DNA of 64,000 bases from Haliotis rufescens (Eukaryota), in NCBI RefSeq assembly GCF_023055435.1, contig NW_025963779.1, forward strand, positions 70,246,001 through 70,310,000, written 5' to 3'. Shown here one piece after another: positions 38,164-50,100 of this stretch. The notes below the pieces were generated by a model. It was not told the DNA's origin and did no database searches. It worked only from the letters and a program-made list of their open reading frames with translations. Position 1 is the first letter of the stretch. Every line of letters starts with the position of its first letter. A program made the position numbers and the translations under genes.

Positions 38164-41100
38164 CTGCAGCACACAAGAAGGGAACTTTCTCAAGTGTGTC
38201 CATCATGCATTATTACATGTATTCACTGATATAAATGATTATGCAAACTGCAAAGATCTAGGTTTCACTGAGTGAGATTCTACTCAACTGTATGTAAGAA
38301 CAGATTTCCCCTGCATCTGGCTAACTATTTAGAGAATAACCAACACGCTACAAGGAATAATGGATTGTTATTTGTTTGGTGTTTAACGCCGCACTCAGCA
38401 ATATTCCAGCTATATGATGGTGGTCTGGAAATAATCGAGTCTGCACCAGGCAGTCCAGTGACTGACATTATGAGCATCAATCTGCACAACTGGCATATGA
38501 TGACATGCATCACCCAATTCAGTGAGCCTGACCACCCTATCCCATTAGTTACCTCTTACAACGAGCATGGGTTGCTGAAGACCCGGATCTTCATGTTGGA
38601 ATTTTGGACTGACTGTCCCGAGAGAATGAATGGTGTTAAGGCAAGAGACATTCATTTACCAGGTGCAGATATATCACAATTCCGAGATTCAAGTAGGTTA
38701 TTCTGCATATTTCTCATTGACATTTCAAGAAAAAAATGAAGGAAAAAAAGCATGAAATATCAACCCTACAGAGAAACTTCACTGAAGACAGCCTTTTGTT
38801 CAGATGACATAATTCAATATATCTGTGACGTCATGAACAATGGATGATGTCATGTTGCAATTTTCTCAACAATGAAGCACTGTGACATCATGTGGCTTCA
38901 ACTGACCAGTCCATAATGAGAATCAGTAAAATGCACATGTGCAAATATTGGGAAGTTATTACACACAATCATTCTACCCTTTAGGTACAATACATAACAG
39001 TTATATGCACTTCCAGACAAATGCTGCCTCTGCCGTTTTGAAAAGCACATGTTCCAAAAGAATTCATTAAATTATTGCAAAGTAGGATTCACTTGACAAA
39101 ACAGTCTCTTTGATGTCCCAAAACTTACAGAATAAAGTTAATAATACATTTAACATTCAAAACTGCCCCTTTGTGGAACAGATTTGAAACAAGGAAGCAC
39201 CAGTTTTAATTCCAATGATGTGAAATGTTACCTTGTTGACTTCGAAAGTCGCCTTCATTCATTGTGTAGGGCTGCACCAGCTCTCCAACAGGGGCGGAGA
39301 TATTAACACTATATTTCTGTTCTTGTGTACAAAGGTCAAACGTTGCTGGCTGTGTCGTGTCGTTGTAGTTGATGCCAAAGAGAACCGATGTGGACGACCC
39401 TGCACCGAGTGTAGCTGTAATGCAAACAGGAATTGCTGTCAACATGGAACTTCACAATTACTGCACTCTTATAGCGTGTGCATGTGTGTCTGCTTGTACT
39501 TGTCAGGACTAAAGCCGGTTTTATAGAGCTAGGCCACTGAGATACCATGCCATAATTTGACATGCCCCATTCAGACACGGTATACTGACTTCAAGTCAAC
39601 CAGTCCTTGAATTATTCCTGTAATGCAGGTTTAGAACTAATCTCAAAAGCTTTACTACCCCGGGTAAAGATATAATGCCCCTGTAATGTTAAAACAATGG
39701 GATTTGTACTTGCCCTCAGGAATTTGTACTATCCCCGGTCTAGTGGGCAAGTGTTAAGTTCTAACCCCTAAATAAGGCCTGTACATTATACAATTATTTA
39801 CTGGATTAGCCAATCAATGATGAACAGTCTTGGAAGATATCAGCTGGTACCCTTGGTCTTGCTGTACTGATGGACAATACAGTCGGACACCTGAATACCC
39901 AATAACGCCTGCTTTTCCTTGGGGTTCTGACCCAATATAATACCAGACACATGCTTCCTCATATTACCGTTTCCGTTATACTTACTATCGGCTTTTAACA
40001 ACATTTTCATGAACACTGACAGGTGGCTTACCTATTTCTGGGAATTCCTGTACTTCCATTCCTGGTTGTAGTTTCTGGAAACACCATGTTCAATATCATT
40101 GAAGATTTACAATGAACAGACATGCAAGCCATGCCAACTCACACTCCAGGGGGTACACAAAGTACCTTATCTACACTACCAGTTGTCAGACTGTTGTAAT
40201 CCCAAATATAAGATATGTAATACAACTTACAATGTTACAAACCCCCTAGACAACAGCAAAGCGCTTTAAACCATGAACCAAACACCCTTGACTTGACACA
40301 CGTTCCATACTTCCTGTCAGACACAGCTCACAGGTGTCACCATGTGTGTGTGGCTGCTTGTACTAGTCAGAACTGATGCCGATTTTATAGTGCTCGTCCG
40401 CTGAGATATCATGCTGCAGTTTAACATGAATACTCCACTCCGACACAGTATACTGACTCCAAGCCGACCAGTCCTTGTTTTAGCCCCTTAATGCCAAGCC
40501 AGACAGGGTAACAACAAGTACCATCTTTTAAATTCTTTTGGATTGATGCATCCGGGGATTGAACCCTGGACCTTTCCTTCTCCAGGAAGACACTCTACCA
40601 CTTGACCATGGATGTGGTCTCTGCTCTGGGAGGAAAAAATTGGGGATGAAAATCTACCCTGACAGATTGCATGACAATGGTTATATCCCTACATACCTTA
40701 TCTCCCATGGTGATATTTGCGACAGGCGCATCTCCACTGTTGGTGAGAGTCAGTTCAATGGACACCATCTTTGGTGAGAAGATTGATATGGACCTGGTGA
40801 ACTTGTACTCCACTCCGAGGCCGTTACCTTTGATTCTGTTGAGGAGCTCGTAGGACTTGGAGGGGACTATGACTGGCTGGGGCTGAACGAACATAAGGTG
40901 AGACTCCTATACAGGCTCAATCTCAATGTATTAGCATGGTAGTGATGTGAAATTGGGTTAACGTCATGTTCAAGATGACTGACCTTATATAGCGACATGA
41001 ATGTCTGTTTGTCTGCTTGTAATAGTCCAGACTAATGATGATCCTATGGTGCTAGCTCACTGAGATACCATGTCATAGTTTAACATGGATACTAGGGCTG

Positions 41101-44100
41101 GGACAATACACCAACTGTGTGATCCGATACGTATCACGAAACCTTGCTCACGATCTGATACGTATCATGATACATATACTTGCATGTGCTCTGATCTGTG
41201 GTACGTAAGCCATCATTTTCATAGACAAGATGGCCAAATACCTGGCACACTAACAATTCACATTTGGCAGTGTCAAGTATTGCGCAATGGATGAAAATAT
41301 TTACGTTTTCACAACTCATTTTCACTAGTATTTACTGTCTAAGGTAACATTTATTAAAACCAATCTCGCAACCTCCCCAGCCTATAATAAATGACCAGCC
41401 CTTAATTGCACTGTACATGCTTATCGTCATCATCTTCATAGTTTATTATAGGAATAGTGAATGAATGTTGTCTAATGCTGCAGTTAGCAATATTCCGGCA
41501 GCATCATGGTGCCATCTAAATAAATCAAGAATGGCCTAGGCAAACCACTGACTGAAAGCATGAGCCACTATTCACACTATTGATAAAGTATCAACAAACT
41601 TACTACTTGTTCATCATAATTAAAATTTTCTATAAGAATTTTGAGGTGAAAGTTTAAGTTGCTATACTATGGACAAAAATTCATGAAAGGCTTACAAGAT
41701 CTGCAAAGTTTACTCTCCTAAAATACCCTTATCATCATCTGATTCTTCAAAATATTTGTACATCTGCCAGAACATCTATTTCTAATTTAACATTTTAACA
41801 TAACCACTTAAAACCACCATCTGTGTCACCATGGTGACTGCCTTTATCTTACAACACACATACTTTCTACAAACATGAATGTATAGAACAGATTTATCCA
41901 AAGTTTGAGACATGGAACTAAACTCATGCCACAGCCTTGTTCCCTCAGCTGGTAGTTATTCTCCCGCTACTCACCATAGCAACATTAGTAGGTGAGGCTC
42001 TATCACTGATTGAGAGGTTGCTCATACTGGAGGCCATGGTCGGGGTCAGCATATCACCGGGAGTCACAGGAGTACTGCCTGCACCCATTGACCCCACTGG
42101 AAACAACAGTCACAGTTCATACACATCCAAGCAGAGCTGGCCCTTTCTCCTTAAAGTGTCTGTATGTGTGTTGGTATGTATGTGTGTATGTTGTATATAA
42201 TCATGTGGTTGAAGGCTTGTAAAACAAGGAAAAGCATGGGGTACCATTGTTTGAAATTAAGCTTGATATTCAAGGGGTCCTTGTTATTGCACTAATGTCA
42301 TAATTTAAAGATTTAGCAGGTTCTAGATATAAAAAATTAGTACTATAGTAGCAAACATCAAGAACTCCAGGACCCCCCTTTAATTTCTAACACTATGGAA
42401 TTAAGGTCCTGATCTGCCTTAAGGCCTACATGGGCTTCTCCTAAGAGCATGTCGAGATCTGGCAAATAAACATTATCACAATGTACAATTTCCATCTATA
42501 GACAATAGGTAAACACCAAAGTATGTGATTAAACCATGAGATGCTGTGTGCCACTATGAACTGCTGTGTGCTGCTGTGTGCTACTTTGCGCTACTATGAG
42601 CTGCTGTGTGCTGCTGTGAGCTACTGTGTTAGTATGAGCTGCTGTGTTACTGTGAGCTGCTGTATGCTGCTGCGTGTTACTGTGACCTGCTGTTTTTCTT
42701 TGAGCTGATGTATGTTACTGTAAGCTGCTGTGTGTTACTGTGAACTGCTGTATGCTGCTGTGTGTTACTGTGAGCTGCTGTTTCTTTGAGCTGCTGTGTT
42801 AGTGTGTGCTGTTGTGTTACTGTATGCTGCTGTGTTTCTTTGAGCTGCTGTGTTACTGTGACCTGCTGTATGCTGCTGTGTGTTACTGTGAGTTGCTGTG
42901 TTTCTTTGAGCTGCTGTATGTTACTGTAAGCTGCTGCATGTTACTGTGAACTGCTGTATGCTGCTGCGTGTTACTGTGAGCTGCTGTATGCAGGTGCGTG
43001 TTACTGTGAGCTGCTGTGTGCTGCTGTGTGTTACTGTGAGCTGCTGTATGCTGCTGTGTTTCTTTGAGCTGCTGTGCTACTGTGAGCTGCTGTATGCTGC
43101 TGTGTTTCTTTGAGCTGCGGTGTTACTGTGAGCTGCTGTGTTACTGTGAGCTGCGGTGACTGTGAGCTGCTATATGCTGCTGTGTGTTACTGTGAGCTGC
43201 TGTGTTACTGTGAGCTGCTATATGCTGCTGTGTGTTACTGTGAGCTGCTGTTACTGTGAGCCTCTATATGATGCTGTGTGTTACTGTGAGCTGCTGTATG
43301 TTACTGTGAGCTGCTGTGTTACTGTGAGCTGCTGTTACTGTGAGCTGCTGTGTTACTGTGAGCTGCTGTATGCTGCTGTGTCACTGTGTGCTACTGTATG
43401 TTACTGTGAGCTGCTGTGTTACTGTGAGCTGCTATATGCTGCTGTGTGTTACTGTGAGCTGCTGTGTTACTGTGAGCTGCTGTGTTGCTGTGAGCTGCTA
43501 TATGCTGCTGTGTGTTACTGTGAGCTGCTATGTTACTGTGAGCTGCTGTGTTACTGTGAGCTGCTGTGTTACTGTGAGCTGCTGTATGCTGCTGTGTTAC
43601 TGTGTGCTACTGTGTGTTACTGTGAGCTGCTGTGTTACTGTTAGCTGCGGTATGTTACTGTGAGCTGCTGTATGCTGCTGTGTTTCTTTGAGCTGCTGTG
43701 TTACTGTGAGCTGCTATATGCTGCTGTGTTACTGTGTGCTACTGTGTGTTACTGTGAGCTGCTGTGCTACTGTGAGCTGCTGTGCTACTGTGAGCTGCTG
43801 TATGCTGCTGTGTTACTGTGAGCTGCTGTGAGATGCTGTGTTTCTTTGAGTTGCTGAGTTACTGTGAGCTGCTGTGTTTCTTTGAGCTGCTGTGTTACTG
43901 TGAGCTGCTGTGTTTCTTTGAGCTGCTGTGTTACTGTGAGATGCTGTATGCTGCTGTGTTTCTCTATGAGCTGTTGTGTGCTACTGTGAGCTGCTGTGTT
44001 TCTTTGAGTTGCTGTGTTACTGTGAGTTGCTGTGTTACTGTGAGCTGCTATGTTACTGTGAGCTGCTGTGTTACTGTGAGCTCCTGTGTGTTACTGTGAG

Positions 44101-47100
44101 CTGCTGTATGTTACTGTGAACTGCTGTGTTACTGTGAGCTGCTGTGTGTTAATGTGAGCTGCTGTGTTTCTTTGAGCTGCTGTATTACTGTGAGCTGTTG
44201 TGTGTTACTGTGAGCAGCTGTGTGTTACTGTGAGCTGCTGTATGTTACTGTGAGCTACTGTGTTACTGTGAGCTGCTGTGTGTTACTGTAAGCTGGTGTG
44301 ATTCTTTGAGTTGCTGTGTTACTGTGAGCTGCTGTGTAAGTGAGCTGCTGTGTGTTACTGTGAGCTGCTGTGATTCTTTGAGTTGCTGTGTTACTGTGAG
44401 CTGCTGTGTTACTGCGAGCTGCTGTGTGTTACTGTGAGCTGCTGTGATTCTTTGAGTTGCTGTGTTACTGTCAGCTGCTGTGTTTCTTTGAGCTGCTGTA
44501 TGCTGCTGTATGCTGCTGTGTTTCTCTATGAGCTGTTGTGTGCTACTGTGTGTTACTATGAGCTGCTGAGTGTTACTGTGAACTGCTCTGTTACTGTAAG
44601 CTGCTGTATGCTGCTGTAAGTTACTGTGAACTGCTGTATACTGCTGTAAGTTACTGTGAGCTGCTGTGTGCTACCGATCTATTCAGTGGTGTACTTACAA
44701 TCATCCAGATCAAGCAGTAGATCACCCTCCTTCTTGGAGGATGCTTTGTCTTCTTTAGTCTTTGATTTTTCTGGCTTGGTTTCCTGAAGACAAAGATCAT
44801 ACTTTCGACATGAAGACTACACTTGTATGATGTGTGACTGTGAGTGAGTGAATGGATACCGCTAGCTGTTCATATGCACATTTCAAGATGAAAATACTGA
44901 TGTATGTAGACACCTAATTAAGAAATAGATGACTTGTGGCCATTGTGTTTATGTACAATAAAACACTGCAGGGAGAATCAACCACAAGGGGCACAGCAAC
45001 ATTAAGTGAGTGATTGAGTGAGTGATTGAGTGAGTGAAAGAGTGAGTGAGTGAGTGAGTGTATGGTTTTACGCCGCTTTTAGCAATATTCCATATATCAC
45101 GTTGAGGGGTACCAGAAATAGGCTTCACATATTGTACCCATGTCGGGAATCGAACCCGGGTCTTCGGCGTGACGAGCGAACAATTTAACCACTAGGCTAA
45201 CCGACCACCCTATGCCTCTTTAAGGATGTTGATAAAATGTACAAGCTTTAAAAATATTAACCCAAATTTTAACAAGGATGACTCCCTAAATAGAATCTGA
45301 CCCAGAAATGTCGGACAAGTCCATTTTATGGACAGGTGGGTTAAGTTTGGTATTTCCCGCATATTCTCACAATCCTCACGTCGATTATCTGTACCTTTTC
45401 TCCTAGTGCCGATTGTCATATCTCCTAACACTTCCTGACAATATTTGACAGCACGGACCATGTAATTACACCAATATGTTCTGACCAAGCAGAGACAGAT
45501 AAACTTAGATGGTCAGTTGTTAGTTTCTACAAAGCTGTGCACCACACTGCAGAAGAAATGGCAAAGGTTCTGAAACCAAAGACTTACTATCGTTGTTGAA
45601 AAGTGCCGGGCTGCTTGATGGCTATTTACTGTAAGTAATTATGAGTGACACATTGCAGCCTACATCCTTGATGTGAGTGAGTGAGTGAGTGAGTATGGTT
45701 TTATGCTGCTTTTAGCAATATTCCAGCAATATCATTGCGGGGGACACCAGAAATGGGCTTCACACATTGTACCCAACATCCTTGATGTGAAATGGCCCAG
45801 ATGGGTGTGTGGCTGCTTGTCATGTCGTATAGTGTCATCCAATTACCGGTACGCCAAAACCAATGAGATAGATATGTTATCATTACACTGGTAGAGCTGA
45901 TCACTGACACAAGCACTGGATGTGCGTTACAAAGTGCAGTAGTTCCTGTTCAACTCGGGTAAGGACAAATGTAACCAAAGTCTAGGTGACCATTTATTTC
46001 CTCACCTCTACAAGTGTATGTCAGCCACCTATTTGAACAGTAAGAGCTAGTTCTCAAGCAGAGCTAGCCATTTCCGCTATCAATACACAAAACAATCGCA
46101 GCCATAGTTTCCTACTAATCTTAACAGTTCCTCAAACAGATACTGCTTTAAAATGTATCAATGCCTCAATGTAATGCAAGATGTCTGACATTTACTTACT
46201 GATCATATACTGCCTCATCACTAACCTTCTTAACTGGCTTTTTCTTGACAACAACCTCTTCCTCTGAAGACGATTCCTCCTCCTCACTGTCTTCCTCAGA
46301 GGAGTCCTCTTCTTTGCTGGAGTCCTCGTCCTCACTTTCCTCTTCTTCCTCCTCCTCCTCACTCTCCTCTTCCTCTTCTGACTCCTCCCCAGACTCTTCT
46401 TCCTCCTCCGCCTCCTCCGAGTCCTCTTCCTCACTCTCATCTGACCCGGATTCCGCATCGGAGTCATCTGAACACAAATCACATTTATCACAGGAATCTT
46501 CTGAAGGAATCTGTTATTACATTGATGGTAATTTACGGATAGAGTAAAACCTTTCAACTAAACGTTCTTGGGACCAGTGACAGTATATCAAGTTATGCAA
46601 TAGTTGGAGAAAAGATGACCAATCAGAAACATACATTCACGTCAAATCGAGTTTATGTAGTTCAAGTTTACCAGTATTGAATACATTTTGAAACCAAACA
46701 GTTGTATTTCTTTCAGCCCCAAATTCTGTGAACATCTGTGGAATATTTCAAAAAAGTGTATGTACATTCATGTATTGTATCAGTAGTTTAACATCTCAAC
46801 ATTGTACAACATGGCCTCCAGCAATGGAGTCTTGGTCTTGCATTTAGAAGTTGGAATAACATGAGTGAGTGAGTTGGGTTTAATGCCGTTTTTAACAGTA
46901 TTCCAGTTATATCACGGCGTGTCAGCTTAATGTTGGAGGAAAGCCCGAAGTGATGCAGGTCTCAGATGTTTACCACTTCGGTGAAACCCATGAGCACGGG
47001 TATGGTGCTGACAAACCTAGAAACATAATCGGGGTGAACAGGGATTCGAACCCACAATCATAGGTTTCTGGCGTGACCAAGGGACGCAACTCTGCACAGC

Positions 47101-50100
47101 GAATCGCGGCGCCTTAGACGACTGGGCCCCCTGTGCCCCCAGGAATAACATGAGAACCTGATTAGTTGTTTGTAAAGGCTTTTGGGGCTGCTTCTTCTAC
47201 ACTCATCATCAAGGGAATACTCAGTAAGTCCATGTTAAGTCAATATGCATACAGACTGATGTATGTACACACAGGGCGGGGTACAAAAGTCACAAGATAA
47301 CAGGGGAGCCAATGGAGGTAATGAGCAGGCTATTCCTTTTTCTACTTACACAAGACTGAAAAAATAAAATCATAATTTAAACGTCACAAATTATTTTAAA
47401 ATTATGTTATTGTTCAGAAGTGTAAATGTACTCTACTGGAAGTCAGAATATTTATTTTCTGTCTCAGTAAAGAAACATAATGCTGAAGGGAAAGAACTGA
47501 CCAGGAACCGAACACATAAAACTGTACTACACCACACCTCTTATCCATCCATATACTACCAGGGACGTATCTATATCTGCTCAGAGGCTGATATTTGGCC
47601 CCAAGTCTGCAGCCAATGGCAGGACAAATTCCCATGTTCCAATTCAAGCAGTTATAGTTACAACCAATCATAAGCAATGTTATGGCTATGTAGACGTGAC
47701 CTGTATTTCACTGATAACCGGACCAACAAAGAGGATGGAAAAAGACTTCAATGCTTAGTTTTACACTATGGCATTGAATGTAAAGTTAAATATTCCAGAA
47801 AATAAGAACTTTAACAAAAATCCAAAGTTTGAAAAAAAATGATGACTTATTTCCAGTCTGCCTGCCTGCAGTTAGTTTGGAAACTGAGATAAATCCCTGA
47901 TTATTGGTAACATAGAGTACAGCACAAATACCTTCATCACTAGATTCTGATTCGGAGTAGAATGACTTGAGGTCTGTAGCATTCTTCTTCTTCTTGGTAG
48001 ATGTTTTCTTCTCCGTCCAGATGGGCACCTCCACATTGCGGACAGATGGCTCCGGCGCCTCCTCCGGCCACTCAGGCAGCTCTTGGTACCCATGAGCACG
48101 CGTATTCAGCAGGTGAGACAGCGTGCCTAGCTGGTACTGGTCCCGATCTGGAGAACAATGAGTGAATGAGTGAGTGAGTGAGTGAGTGAGTGAGTGAGTG
48201 AGTGAGTGAGTGAGAGAGAGAGAGCAGACCCAGCCAGTACTGGTCCCGATCTGGGAAACAATGAGTGAACAGAACGGAACAGAACAGCTCTGCTGTTTAC
48301 ACTCAAGGCAATGGTTATTGCTGTTTACAAACAGAAAAAGTTGGAAGAATGAATTTTGATGATAAATAGAATTTCACCCTGGTGTTGGTAGAGTTAATAT
48401 ATTTGATATCAAGAGACATGAGGGTGAGATTCTCTATATTGTCAAATTGTTCTAAAGGAGTGATAGGAGATTTCATTTTCAGCAATTTCCATACATGAAC
48501 AATTTCTGTGTTTGACGCATATTGTTTGTTTTGTTTGTTGTTTAACACAGCACTCAGCAATATTCCAGCTACATAACAGCGGTCTGTACATAATCAAGTC
48601 TGGACCAGACAATCCAGTGATTGACACCATGAGCATCATTCCACACAATTGGGATACGATGACATGCATCAACTAAGTCAGCGAGCCTGACCACCCAATC
48701 CTGTTAGTCGCCTCTTACGACAAGCATGGGTTGCTGAAGACCAATTCTACCCCAGATCTTCACGGGTCTGACACATACTGATTGAGACTGATTGACAACT
48801 GTTACTGCTGGCACCTAAATGACAGAAACTATCCATGATCACTAAAATTCACAGCATACACACGACATAAGAACTTGTTGCTCAATCAACGCGTCACATC
48901 ACAAATAATCAACCAAAAGTGAGACTCACCTTGAAACTTGGAAGCAAGAACTGGAGCAGGTTTAGTCGCAAGGAAGATCTTTTTTGCATATTTGGCTAGT
49001 GCACTTGATTTCTCTCCAGGGAGCACAAGTTGTCGCAGGAAGCGAGATCGGTCACGAATGTCATAGTTCTGATCATACTTGGCCAGATTGAGCACGTACT
49101 GGCACAGGAGCTTGGTCTGCTTTTGGTTGGTGATGCACAGCTTGGCTGCTAGGTTCAGGATCTGCAGCTTCACGATATCCTCCTGTAACACAGGATATGA
49201 ACAAATACACAACATGCCCGAACCTGGCAATCTAGTTCCTACTCCTGTACCATAACCATTATTCAAGAGTAAGGCAATGCTTGTTTGTGTCAGTCACAGA
49301 TGTTCTAGGTACAGTTGGGCTGACTTCAAATACTTGAGTCTGGGCCATGCAAACCAGTGACTGATAGGGACCATCTATGCTTAATCCAGATGGTTCACTT
49401 CCCAGGAAATTAACAATGGATAACAAATGTTCAGGTAAAGAATCACTAATACGGAGTATGTTAATATGTCCATATCAAGATTGTTGGAAAGCATGGTGCC
49501 TGGAGTCAGCTGCGGTATCGGTATCTGCGCTGCTCCCTACAAACTACAGTAAACTACGTTTATAACAAACTCAAAGGGACCACAATTTTAGTTTGTTACA
49601 ACTGTAGTTTGTTATAATTATAAACATGTATACAGCATATATACAGCAAATGGACGGGACCAAAAAACAGTTCGTCATATCTGTCAGTTCATTGTAAGCG
49701 TGTTCGTTATTAACGTAGTTTACTGTATGTTAAACTTGACTTGTCGCTCTCAGAACTACGGGCTGTTCAATGTTTTCCTAATACATTCCCAGTCAGAACA
49801 TACTGTACTAACAACCTTGCCATAATGTACATGAATCATAACACCCCACGAAATGAGGTGAGGTGAGGTGAAATGGGGTTTAACGTCGCGTCCAAGATTA
49901 TTGCACTTATATAGCGACCCTCACGAAATGAAACATGGTTTCCTAAAAACACTTACCTTCAAGTATGTATACTTATATTTCGTTAAAGCAACTCTCTATG
50001 TTCATGTCACTTTGGAATCCGAGAGAGTACTCATTTTGCACCATACACCATAATACAAAACAGCAAAATCATCTTTACTGGTCCGGTTTCCAACTCAGTA

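Noticed and set aside
42430-42458. Extra 29-nt AP3B micro-exon (AG...GT bounded)
   Set aside because: It would break the frame; the flanking exons join in phase without it.
43156-44619. Cys-rich ORFs (metallothionein- or keratin-like)
   Set aside because: Translations of low-complexity satellite; no splice or domain support.
44784-44810. Other CTGANGA hits as hammerheads (also 2382, 22481, 62845)
   Set aside because: No stem II followed by GAAA and a cleavage triplet.
46245-46547. Ser-rich + strand ORF and Arg-rich alternative frame
   Set aside because: Antisense and alternative frames of the AP3B acidic hinge exon.
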